Source of the DNA: Octopus vulgaris
Lineage: Eukaryota
Direction of reading: 5' to 3'
Assembly (NCBI GenBank): GCA_951406725.2
Contig: OX597816.1
Coordinates: 8,928,001 to 8,992,000 of the forward strand
Length of the DNA: 64,000 nt
The notes beneath the pieces are model-generated. The model was not told the origin of the DNA and did not search any database. It was given only the letters and a program-made list of their open reading frames with translations. Of the stretch, positions 1 through 12,526 are shown piece after piece (positions within the stretch are counted from its first letter, which is position 1; the number at the start of each line of letters is the position of its first letter). A program made the translations under genes and the position numbers.

Positions 1-22
1 ATATATACACATACACGCATAC

Positions 23-53
<31 letters not shown>

Positions 54-160
54 TATATACATACATACTTACATACATACATACATGCAAATATATATAT
101 ATACACACCGACACAGACACACACACCAACTCATTCTTGATATAGTATATATATATACAT

Positions 161-201
<41 letters not shown>

Positions 202-339
202 CACATATACATATATATATATATCACCGTGATCACCGTGACCGACCAGGCTATCAGATGTAGTTACACATCGCTGGTCACCATGCGTTCGCATTGCTTT
301 AGCCTTCAAATGACGCCACCCCGCTGGCTAAGCAAGCAG

Positions 340-379
<40 letters not shown>

Positions 380-796
380 CACACACATACACATATATAC
401 ATTACTCTTCCTTTCTCTCTCTAGTCTTCACTCTTATTTTTTCCCTCAATCAAAATGTTCCCCAACCTCTTCCCATAATTTCCAAATCTCTTCCCCATCT
501 CTCCGTGCATTCGGTTTAACAACCAATGCTCCACAATAACCATTGCCATTACTGTATCTCCAATGGAGTTGATAAGAAATAGCTGAGATATTTCGGCCAT
601 TTCCTCTTTCCAATGTCTCTTCACCAAGACATGAGCAGCCGTGGCCGTGTGATAAGAAGTGTACTTCCCGGCCACATGGTTCTGGGCTCAATTCCACTGC
701 ATGGCAGCTTGGGCATAGGTCTTCGACTATAACTCCAGGGTGACCAAAGCCTTTTGAGTGGATTTGGTAGACGGAAACTGAATGAAGCCCATCAAC

Positions 797-1045
<249 letters not shown>

Positions 1046-1767
1046 CTGTCTGTTCCCCCATCACTTGAAAACCAATGGCGGTGTTTTTATGTGCCCCCAT
1101 AGCTTGGTGGTTCAGCAAAAGAGACTGATGGAATAAGCACCAGTTTTAAAAAAAGAAATAAGAACCCGGGGTTGATTCATTTAACTAGCAATTCTTCAAA
1201 ACAGTGCTCCAGCATGGCCGCAGTCTGATGACTGAAACAAGTAAAAGGTCAAAGATAACGATCACAATTTTGTACCAAAACAAAAGAAAATGTACAATTT
1301 ATACACACACACACACACACACACACACCGACACACACACACACACACACACCGACACACACACACACACCGATACACACACACACCGACACACACACAC
1401 ACAATGTATTATAGTTTAATATCATTCCAAAGCTTTGTAAAGTCTAAAGCATATCTAATTTTAGGTAACAGTTTCAAACTGTTTTAAACTATATCACTTA
1501 ATCTCCTCTGTGTGTGTGTGTATATGTGTGTGTGCATGTATATAAGTAAGTGTATCATTTGTGTATGTGAATTAAAATGATTTTCTGGAAATTTACTAAA
1601 AACAGTAAATTATAGAAACACGTTTCTACAACATTGGAAAGTTGAACTATGAACTTTCATGCTTCTTTTTTCTTCTCTCTCTTTATCTCCTTATTCCTTT
1701 ACTCCCTTCCTCTATGTCACCATTTCATTAATATATATCCTTCTCCTTTTCCCTATTTTTCCTATTT

Positions 1768-1823
1768 GTCTCTGATGATGGAATATCTCATACTTGGGGA
1801 TATCCCAGAAACAGCTGTAAGAC
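1768..1823 (+). ncRNA. Minimal type I hammerhead ribozyme, canonical core, in a Penelope-like 3'/pLTR remnant
   Basis: GUCU-CUGAUGA-[stem II UGGAAUAUCUC/GGGAUAUCCCA]-GAAA-CAGCUG-UA-AGAC; stem I GUCU/AGAC; palindromic helix III. Confidence 0.8.
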
Positions 1824-1945
1824 TTTGAATTTTTTCCAATAATAATAATAACATATATGACTTGAGATGTTTGCTTTGCCTAACAAAATGATGCATGGAC
1901 GGATTACAGTTCTGCCAATTGGTACAAAACCCACAACAAATTGTA

Positions 1946-2938
1946 TCAGGTTGAGTAAAAAGTAAGTAATGTTTTGAACCATGAAGAATTCGTACTGGAT
2001 TTTTGCAGAGTTTTGAAATTTTTTGAACATTTTTTTTGCAATTGTCTGATAATACAGGCATAGACTTGCTTAAATGCATCAATAAATTAAAATTGATATT
2101 TTTTTCACCGTTGTTACAATCATCTGAAATGGAACTGTCAAAGCACAACCACTTTTGCTATTCAACTTCAAAAAAGGACGTAAAGCAGCTGAAACTGCTT
2201 GCAATATCAATGAAGCATTTGGTGAGGATATGACCAATGAGTGGTCAGCTTGAAAATGGTTTAAACGATTTCGCAATGTAGTACTGAGCCTTGAAGCTCA
2301 TAAGTGTAGTGGACGCCCATATTTCATCAATGATGGTCAGTTAAAGACCGCCATTGAGAAAGATCCACATAAAACCAGTTGAGAACTAGGAAAAGAACTT
2401 CAAGTTAGCCAGAAAACTGCCTGTAACCATTTGCATGCGATTGGAAAATAAAAAAAGCCTAACAAATAGGCACCACATGATTTGAATGAAAATCAGAAAA
2501 TGCACAGATATGAAATTTGCTTCTCACTTCTCTAGAACCAGACTGATCCATTTCTTGACCGTATTGTAACTTGCAATGAAAATGGGATTCTGTACAATAA
2601 TAAAAAATGTTCTTCCCAGTGGTGGACTAAAATGAAGCACCGAAAACCTAAACCCGAGTTCTTCAAAAAGGTTATGGTAACTGTTTGTTGGTGTACTGCT
2701 GGAGTTATCCACTATAACTTCTTAAAACCCAGAAAAACCATTACTGCAGAAACATATTGCTATGAAATTGCCAAAATGAATTAAAAACTGCTACTTCTCC
2801 ATTCCAGACTGGTCAACAGAAGAGGGCCAATCATACTTCATGATAATGCTTGACCACACGTTTCACTAATCACGCTCCAGAAATATATTAGGATGAACTT
2901 CATGTTTCAAAACGTTGCTTACTTTTTACTTGGCCTGA
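1946..2938 (+). mobile_element. Internally deleted mariner (Tc1/mariner) element with transposase pseudogene
   Basis: About 45-bp TIRs (TCAGGTTGAGTAAAAAGTAAG.. / ..CTTACTTTTTACTTGGCCTGA), TA TSD; decayed frame GRKAAETACNINEAFG..WFKRFR..SGRP..APHDL..FLDRIVTCNE..ILHDNA; C-terminus missing. Confidence 0.9.
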
Positions 2939-3097
2939 TAACTACCTAGTTTCAGAAGTTTGTAAAATAGTTAAGTGGATACCTTAAAAAAACAATCAAT
3001 CAAATAATCAGCTGATAAAAGTAGTAACACTAGATTTTTAGCTGATTAGATAAGTGGTGTAGGAGGGAAACAGCACTGGTTTACCCATTTAAGCACG

Positions 3098-3138
<41 letters not shown>

Positions 3139-3342
3139 ATGCATACGTGATAGCAATCCAAGTCATGCCACTATGGATCATCATCATCATCATCATCATT
3201 TAACATCCGCTTTCCATGCTGGCAAGGGTTGGGTGGTTTTGTTGTGGTGGATACCCCCAAGTGAGAAGTGGGCTGTTCCACTACTGATAAATAGTGGACT
3301 AAATTCTGGTACCTCAACTTAAGTACCATATTCATCTGAATC

Positions 3343-3382
<40 letters not shown>

Positions 3383-3428
3383 TGTGTGTGTATGTGTGTG
3401 TGTATGTGTGTGTGTATGTGTGTGTGTA

Positions 3429-3474
<46 letters not shown>

Positions 3475-4876
3475 TATTATAACACACATGCATACATGCA
3501 TACATACTTAAATGGTGGGAGTCGACTCTTGACCAAGTAAGACCACAGCAAGAAGTGTCAGTCGGCGAGATACACCGTATGGGCCAGTCATGCAGATGAC
3601 GAAATACGTTATCATAATGCGGGACATACCTGTGGTGACGAGGATTTGAACACACACAGTGAAAAATATTTAAAAATCCTGTTGAAGAAAGATTTTGAAC
3701 TACAAGCAGTGGCTGATAAGATACAACACAGATGGATTGTGTAAGAAGACACAACTACACACGGTGAAAAATATTAAAAATCCCAAAGTACGATTTGAAC
3801 TATACACAGTGAAAAATACTGTACACACAATGAAAAATATATAAATTCTATTGAAAAAAGATTCTGAAGAAAAAAAATATCTGATAAAACTGGAACTCTA
3901 ACAAAGAACTGACCTACACATAGTGAAAAATAATACAAATCCATTTGTAGGATTTCTGTCAGGTCACTATATGTTAGTAGTGCTATCGGTAAACAATGTA
4001 GATTGATACTACCTGTGGCATTCTGAGGAGAAAAATAATTCTGTGTGGAAGAAAAATAATAATACTTTTAATAAATCTAAGTGAAGGATTTAAGTCGGGT
4101 TACTATGTATTAGTAGCACTACCAGTAAACAATGTAAACTGGTACTACCTGTGGCATTCTGAAGAACAAAATAATAATGTTGTCATCATCATCATCATCG
4201 TTTAGCGTCCGCTTTCCATGCTAGCATGGGTTGGATGGTTCAACTGGGGTCTGGGAAGCCAGAAGGCTGCATCAGGCCCAGTCTGATCTGGCAATGTTTC
4301 TACGGCTGGATGCCCTTCCTAACGCCAACCACTCAATGAGTGTAGTGGGTGCTTTTTACGTGCCACCGGCACAGGTGCCAGACGAGTCTGGCAAACGGCC
4401 ACAATCGGATGGTGCTTTTTATGTGCCACCGGCACGGAAGCCAGGGGAGGCTGGCAACGGCCATGAACGAATGGTGCTTTTTATGTGCCACCGACACGAG
4501 GCCAGTCGGGACGGCACTGGCAACAGCCATGAACGGATGGTGCTTTTTACATGCCACCGGCATGGGGGCCAGGCGAGGCTGGCAACGGCCACGAACGAAT
4601 GGTGCTTTTTACGTGCCACCGGCACGAGGCCAGTCGGGGAAAGAAATAAAAATCTGAAAGGGAGGAGGCATTGTGCCAGACATCCCAAAGTGAGATGACA
4701 TTGCTTTAAGTTGCTTAATTAGTGATTTAAATTGCTTAATTAGTGAAGCGGAGCAATCTTCTTTTGATACTATAACTCGTAACTTTATATATGGAAAGTT
4801 ATCACCAATATCGACAGACAGTCAAAATAGTTGTGCTGCTACTGCTGCTGAGTGTGTATGTATGAATGTATATATA

Positions 4877-5572
4877 CGAGGGGAAGTCAAAAATTATCCA
4901 CACTTTCGCCTTAACATATCTTTATTATTGTCACACTGCCTTCTGTGCATGTGTGCTTATAGTGGGTACTATTGTGGTCACGTGATCAAAGTTTGAGCCT
5001 GATCGTGCCATTTTTCTTTCTGGCTTCACAGTGTAAGTATGGCCGCACCACAAGCAATGTACACCAAAGAAGAACAGAAAGCAGTGATCTGATTTCTCTG
5101 GAAAAGGGTTGTAAGATCAACAGTGCAAGATACAGTGTTTTGCTAGCCAACAAAATGAAGCCAGCAATTCGCACCAAACGCCGAAGCCTATTGTCAAAGG
5201 AAGTTTTGTTGTTGCATGACAATGCACGCCCACACACAGCCGCCCAAACCGTTGAAACCATTAACCAATTGGATTTTGAGGCACTGGAACACCCTGCCTA
5301 CAGACCAGATCTTGCCCCTTCCGACTATCATATCTTTGGACCACTCACAGATGGTTTACAAGGTTTCAATTTTCTACAGATGAAATTGTGACGGAAGCGG
5401 TGCGTAAATGGTTGCACGATTAACCGAAAACCTTCTTATGCAAGCTTGCGGACCGCTGGATCAAGTGCATTGAAAAGGAAAGGGTCTATATGGGAAAATG
5501 ATGTACTTGTTTATCCCTTGCTTTTGTGTAAATACATTGAAAATAGTGCATATAATTTTGGATTCTCCCTCG
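4877..5572 (+). mobile_element. Internally deleted mariner (irritans-like TIR) with C-terminal transposase remnant
   Basis: TIRs CGAGGGGAAGTCAAAAATTAT / ATAATTTTGGATTCTCCCTCG, TA TSD; LLHDNARPH...HPAYRPDLAPSDYHIF (mariner catalytic motifs). Confidence 0.92.
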
Positions 5573-5848
5573 TATATGGATATGTATGTCCTTTATTCCC
5601 ATTTGTTCACTTGCTAATCCACAGCTGGGGCCCTAACAAGTGCTCCCACCCTGGGTTAGATCAGACCTGGTCACAATAGAGGATAAGAGGTGGTTCCACA
5701 CTCCTCAAAAACCTGATAACTATAAAACAGGGCCTCACTACCAAGGGCAGTTTAAAATCACATGCCAGTTCCTGTTTGAACATTCTTCTATGAAAAAGTA
5801 GACATGTATAAAATCCCTGAAGTACTGTTGGGTCCTGGTTGTCTTAAC

Positions 5849-5953
5849 CTTTGTTGTGGCAGATTTTATAACTGATTGTGCTGAAAAGTTGGCTCGTTGC
5901 TGTGTAATACTTTATCCACTCAAAAACAAATTCACAAACAGGAAGTTCTTGCT
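5849..5953 (-). CDS. Candidate downstream exon of the lectin gene: (E)QELPVCEFVFEWIKYYTATSQLFSTISYKICHNK
   Basis: TTTGTAGATTTTCAG acceptor, open in phase 1, ends AAG|GTTAAG (or reads to TAA at 5844-5846); loosely resembles the start of a second CTLD. Confidence 0.3.
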
Positions 5954-6047
5954 CTGAAAATCTACAAAGACTGAGTTTAAGAAGTGGTCTTACTTGGTCA
6001 AGAGTCGACTCCCACCATTTAAGTATGTATACATGTGTGTTATAATA

Positions 6048-6078
<31 letters not shown>

Positions 6079-6084
6079 GTATAT

Positions 6085-6162
<78 letters not shown>

Positions 6163-6312
6163 TCAGATGAATATGATACTTAAGTTGAGACACCAGAATT
6201 TAGTATGGTATTACCCATACAATTTAAAATAAGGAGATTAAAATCAAAATAAGCAACAAGGATATCCAGAAGCAACAAGGATATCCTCTGGATATCCTTG
6301 TTGCTTATTTTG

Positions 6313-6467
<155 letters not shown>

Positions 6468-7025
6468 TGTTTCTTTATTAGCCACACAGGGCTACACACA
6501 GACAGGACAAATTACAAGGTAGAGCTTTTCTTTTGGGGATAAAAAGGGGGTTTGGTTTTCGATCAAAAGGGATCATAAAATCAAAAGATAGATAGATTGA
6601 TAGATAGATGGATAGAGTGATAGATAGACAGACAGACAGACAGTCAGAAAGGGAGTTCTGACTAGGAAGAGGGAGGAGGAAAGGTCTATATTAAGTTGTT
6701 AGTCTCTATGTGGAGAGAAAATGGGAATATCTGGCAGTGACACAGGGATATATTGATCTATCTATGTGACTGGTGATGAATCATAGAGGAAACGTAATAG
6801 GCTCTGTCGCCATGGTTACACTAACAATAAGTGATTTGCAGTGGGAAGGGGAATTAGATAGATAAGAGGGGCATAGCTGTGTGGTTAAGAAGTTTGATTC
6901 AGAGTCACATGGTTTTTGGTCCACTGTACAACATTTGGAACAAGGGTCTTTGAGTATAACCCTCGCTTGACCCAAATCTTATGAAACAATTTGGTTGACT
7001 AAAGCTGTGTATGTGTGTATGTATG

Positions 7026-7057
<32 letters not shown>

Positions 7058-7240
7058 CCCATAATTGGATACAACTCACCCAACAAGAACTCACTACTTG
7101 AACAAAACTGGATACAACTCACCCAACAAGAACTCACTACTTGAACAAAACTTGACTTAAACAGGATTCGAATAATCCTATCAGGTGGTGCTATTAAGTT
7201 AGACATGGCCTGGACCAATCTCTGGTCGAAACATATCTAA

Positions 7241-7281
<41 letters not shown>

Positions 7282-8164
7282 ATAATAATATTAGGGAGTA
7301 TAACTCCAAACTTACAGGGAAAAATTCAATTTAATATTAAATCAAATTTCACAATATAAATATATAAAATATAAATTAGAGACAAAACCACTATTATGCA
7401 ACTCAAACAGTGATAGACATAAACCAATACATAAATAACAAATAATATATATTTTTATAAAACATATATCTAGATCTCAAAAAGTATGAAATGAATGTTA
7501 TTATTTTATATACTTATTACTTATTATTTTATATATTTATCATTCATTTTATACTTTTTGAGATCTAGTTATAAGTTATATGTTTTATAAAAATATATAT
7601 TATTTGTTATTTATGTATTGGTTTATGTCTATCACTGTTTGAGTTGCATAATAGTGGTTTTATCTCTAATTTATATTTTATACATACATGTATATGATTC
7701 AGTTTTGGGGAGTAATAGATATACGGTTATTCTATTTCAAATAATACAAAAAAATAACCTAATTAGTATATCTGAAGGTAAACTCGTGGTATCTATTTTC
7801 ACATTAGGAAATGATACTTTAAAGGATATAGCCAGTATATCAGCAGGGTATAAAATATACTTCTTTATCACCTACTCAAGTTAAAATTAAAATTATAAAT
7901 TATGAAGGAACTACACGTGTTTCAGTTTTGGAAGATTATAATATATATATATACATATACATACACTTACACATATAAATATATATGTGCAATCATCATA
8001 TTTACAATTCTATCAACACATCTTCAGGTTCTTTTTCAAAATATTGTTAATCTAATTTTACATCACCTTAAAATTAAGTGGTAAATTAAACATTAAATTA
8101 AACATTAAAAATTAAAAATTATACTTCATAAAGTTAAGAATTAAAAATTATAAATTATAGATTA

Positions 8165-8460
8165 TCTATTATATAAAATTCGTTCTGTCTGTGTGTGTGT
8201 CTTCTAGGATCTCAGGCATCCTCCATACGATTGCGCTCAAATTTGATATGTAGATACTGACGGTATCAGGGTGTGTGTAAGTCTTTAAAAAATTACAAAA
8301 ATCGATTCCAGGTGAGAATGCGATCGATAAAGCTGTTTTCGTCCTGCTTTTCTTCCATCAGCCTGTACCGATCTCTAAATGTGTAGGGAACCTATGGGAG
8401 AGGTAGACCCAGAAAGACATGGGACAAAGTGTTGAAGCATGATCTTTAAATGTTGGGTCT
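8165..8460 (+). mobile_element. Helitron-like 5' fragment
   Basis: TCTATTATATAAAA start; homologous to 39662-39850. Confidence 0.55.
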
Positions 8461-9580
8461 CATGGAGGCAATAATAAATGATGGAGACCTTTGGTGATTT
8501 GGTGTGCTTGAGAAGACTCATCAAACCAAGTGAAATTGTAGTCATGGCCGATACTGCTGTCATGTAAGAAGCACCTGTGATGGTGTCACACAAAAGCTCC
8601 CATGCCAATGACTCATCAAAGCACCTGTGCTGGTGACATGTATATGCAACCGTGCTAGTAGCTTGGAGTGGTTGGTGTTAGGAAGGGAATTCAACATAGA
8701 AACCATGCCAGATCAGACTGGAACTGTGCACCACTTACCGGCTTACCAATCCCTGTCATACTCTCTCACCCATGCCAGATGATATATATATGATGGTCTA
8801 CTTTCAGTTTCCATCTACCAAATCCATTCACACAGCTTTGATTGACCCAAGGGTATTGTAGAGGACACTTGCCCAAGGTGTCACAGTGGGACTGAACCCA
8901 GGACCATGTGATTGGTAAGCAAACAACCATGTGGTTGGGAAGCAAGCTTCTTATTTCTTTATTACCGACAAGGGGCTAACCATAGAAGGGACAAACAAGG
9001 ACAGATAAGGGGATTAAGTCGATTACATAGACCCCAGTGCATAACTGGTACTTAATTTATCGACCCCGAAAGGATGAAAGGCAAAGTCGACCTCGGTGGA
9101 ATTTGAACTCAGAACGTAATGGCAGACAAAATACTTAGTTCTTTACTACCCACAAGGGGCTAAACACAGAGGGGACAAACAAGGACAGAGAAACGGATTA
9201 AGTCAATTACATCGACCCTAGTGCGTAACTGGTACTTATTTAATCGACCCCGAAAGGATGAAAGGCAAAGTCGACCTTGGTGGAATTTAAACTCAGAACG
9301 TAGTGGCAGACGAAATACTGCTAAGCATTTTGCCTGGCGTACTAATGCTTCTGCCAGCTCGCTTTGTGGTAAGAAGCTTCTGTAAGCTTCTTACCACACA
9401 GCTACACCTGCACCTACTTTTGGAGAGTACAAATTTGTTATTCTTCAACAAGAATATTACTGAAAGTGACTCTGAACTGTCGGTCAATTAGAGCAGTCCA
9501 ACAATAGCTTAACTGGCCAAAACTTCAAAATCATAATAATATTTTTGTTTAAGAATAATACATACATATGTATGTATATA

Positions 9581-9780
9581 GGGAGAGTTTACGAAAAAAA
9601 CAAATGACGAAGACAGGTGGTGTAGACAACAAACAGATGTATTAGTATAACGCTCAGGAATGGAAAAAGTCTTTTATGTTTCGAGCCTACACTCTTCTAC
9701 AGAAAGGGACACAGAAAAAACAAGGAGAGAAACAAGGAGAGAAAAAAAAATGTGTGTAGTGGCTAACGATCTATCATGGC
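9581..9780 (-). mobile_element. Penelope-like pLTR fragment with variant hammerhead (CUGUAGA) at 9671-9706
   Basis: CUUU-CUGUAGA-A-GAGU..GCUC-GAAA-CA-UA-AAAG; homologous to 39464-39650 (+). Confidence 0.55.
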
Positions 9781-10416
9781 ATGTTTATGCCTGTGTGTGC
9801 ATCTATGTGTACATGCATGCAACGAGCATGTGTACGTGCATGAGTTCATATTTGTAGTCTATGAAAGTTGCTTGCTATAAGCAACATTGTTATTGTTAAT
9901 TCTCCTTTCAAAAATTCTCAGTTTACTTGAGCCCTTTGAAGACATGCGAAATAATGATACCTCACTTGAAAAACAGGTAAGGATTAGCAACAGGAAGGGC
10001 ATGCAGCTACAAAATGATGTCTAAATAATATATTCACCTAACCCATGCTGGTATGCAAAAATGAATGTAAAACAAATGAGCAAATAAATGACTCAACCAT
10101 TGACATTGCAAAAAAAACTATTAATATTCTCGTTATCTGGCTGCAACCAGATTAGAAATGGAAACTTATCTGAAATGTTAATTGAAAATCATGATTTCAA
10201 CATAGCATTTTGTTAAAATCAAAGAAATACACTTGAGATTGTGTAATAATAAAATTAACAATATCAAATTTCAATAAAGGAGATGGATAAGAAATGATAT
10301 AAGTATGATCTATCTTGAAGCTGTTGAAAAACTCCTCTCAAATAGGGAAAAATATATTGGCCTGCTTAAGATCTACCCTTTAAATACCTTATTTTTCATT
10401 AAAAGGATTAATCTCT

Positions 10417-10840
10417 AATAAATCTCTAAACGAGGTATGAACAGTAGCTGCACGACAATGTGAAGTATATTTGCCACTTAAATATGGCTAACCACTAAGG
10501 GTGGATGCTACTGTAGCTTGTAGCCCCAGGAGAACATCTTCTCCAGCTGGCTATTGACACACCCTCTGTGCCCTATCAGTATTTGCAAAGGGAAGCCATC
10601 CTTCCCATCGTCGACCTGACGTGATACGCACGGACCCGGGTTTCTGAGTATTTACCCGTCGTCAGCGCACGACAATCACCGGTCTCCGATGCGAAGGGGT
10701 TCCAATGCAAATATTTATATTCTTTTTCCAGTGACAAAAAATCACTGATCTCGAAAAAGTGTAAAGAAGCAATAATAAATATCTGAACGTGGTATAAACA
10801 GTAGCTGCACCACAATGTGAAGTATATTTGCCACTTAAAT
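10417..10840 (-). mobile_element. Non-coding retrozyme/Penelope pLTR-like element, 357-bp unit with 67-bp terminal direct repeat
   Basis: 10417-10483 recurs at 10774-10840; CpG-rich interior contains the hammerhead. Confidence 0.7.
10627..10671 (-). ncRNA. Minimal type I hammerhead ribozyme, canonical core, GUC cleavage triplet
   Basis: CGUGCG-CUGACGA-CGGGUAAAUACUCA-GAAA-CCCGGG-UC-CGUGCG on the minus strand. Confidence 0.82.
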
Positions 10841-10904
10841 TAATCGCTATTCACTTGTTGCTAGATGAATCTAGAAAATGCAAACTGCTAACTGCACTGG
10901 TTAA

Positions 10905-11596
10905 CCTTTTATCATTTAATACTATTCTTTCATATGTAATGCTTGTTCATTCATATCGTTTTGTGTTAATCTTGTATTATCTTGTAGCTTTCAGATTTCA
11001 ATGATGAGATTGTATACTTTCAGAATTACATTGTAAGGTAGGTGGGAAAAGCCAGATCTGAATGGGTTGAGTATAAAAGAGGTAGAATATTTGTGTCAGA
11101 CATAGCTGGTTTAACCCTTTCATTACTGTATTTATTTTGAGATGCTCTGTGTTTCTTTCAATTAATTTTAAATATAACAAAGAATTTAGTAAAATAACTT
11201 AAGTTATCATTAAACTAGTGTTAGGAACATAAATTGTAACTAAGGTTTGGTGGAAGATTTTAGTTCAAAACTTATGAAAACAAGACATTTGTACTACAGA
11301 GCCAGAGGTGATTTCAGCCAAGTTGGTAACTAAAGGGTTAAAAATATCATGGTAACTTTAACCCTTTTGCTACCATATTTCTATTGAGATGCTCTGTGTT
11401 TCTTTCAATTACTTTAAATATAACAAAGAATTTAGTAAAATAACTTAGTTATCATTCAACTAATGTTAGAACATAAATTGTGACTAAGGTTTGGTGGAAG
11501 ATTTTTATTCAGAACTTATGAAAACAAGACATTTGTACAACAGAGCCAGAGGTGATTTCAGCCGGGTTGGTAACGAAAGGGTTAAATGTTAAAGGG
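10905..11596. mobile_element. Nested piggyBac-type MITEs: outer element holding two inner copies (11115-11337, 11362-11581)
   Basis: TTAA|CCCTTT..AAAGGG|TTAA ends; outer element resembles 28583-28802, inner ones resemble 21871-22091. Confidence 0.75.
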
Positions 11597-12453
11597 ATAA
11601 GCAGGAAAGAAAGCTGTATCAAGTTTGGTTTCCTCCGTATGAACCGGAATAACTAAAGTCATTTAAAATAACAATAAAAAAAATAAAAAACGAAAAGTAC
11701 AAATATCTGTGTTACTCAATCACATGATTCTAATCTGGGACAGCTGCATACTTTTGCTAACTGGATCAGTCACACAGAAGAAGGGTCATACACTCAGCAA
11801 CAAGTAGGGTGTGGTTTTGCATGGCATTTCCTGAACTCTCATCTTTTCTACTCTAGCCTCTCTCTCTCTCTCCCTCACCCCTCTCTCTCTCTTTCTCACT
11901 CCCTCTCTCCCCCCTCCCCCCTCTCTCTTTTTCTCTCTCGTATCATGACATATTCGTGCCTTTGACAAATCACGACTTGTTCCTCCTTCATTTATTTCTG
12001 TCTCTTACAACATCACCCAGTCCTTTCTCCCACTTCACATTCATTCATCTCTCTTCCTCCAGTCAAACATCTTCATTCTCTGGCTTCCTCTCGCACCCCA
12101 CCCCCTCACCACCAGCTCAAGAATTATCGTTGTTGGAAAACAAACTTATTGGTTATTGGCAGTTTATTGAAATCTGAAATAATTCCTTCGGGATAAAGAG
12201 AGTCAGGATTAAAACAAACTGTTATAAACAGACATATAATCTTTTAATTGTTTGTTTGTTTCAGTCATTTGACTGTGGCCATGCTGGAGCACCGCCTTTA
12301 GTCGAGCAAATCGACCCCAGGACTTATTCTTTGTAAGCCCAGTACTTATTTTATCGGTCTCTTTTGCTGAATCACTAAGTTATAGGGACATAAACACACC
12401 AGCATCAGTTATCAAGTGATGCTGGGGGAACAAACACAGACACACAAACATAT

Positions 12454-12526
<73 letters not shown>

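Noticed and set aside
4330-4640. CRISPR array
   Set aside because: Linkers are homologous to each other, the array is part of a dispersed eukaryotic SINE, and there are no cas genes.
7155-7245. Hammerhead (GACCA/UGGUC-GAAA-CAUA-UC)
   Set aside because: No CUGANGA adjacent to stem II.
10095-10169. Alternative downstream lectin exon DKFPFLIWLQPDNENINSFFCNVNG* (similar weak candidates near 14753-14796 and 36230-36256)
   Set aside because: Open in phase 1 but short, with weak splice sites and no domain signal; cannot be told from chance.
10722-10760. Second hammerhead on the plus strand (CUGAUCUCGAAA)
   Set aside because: Lacks G8/A9 and stem II; folds as a simple hairpin.
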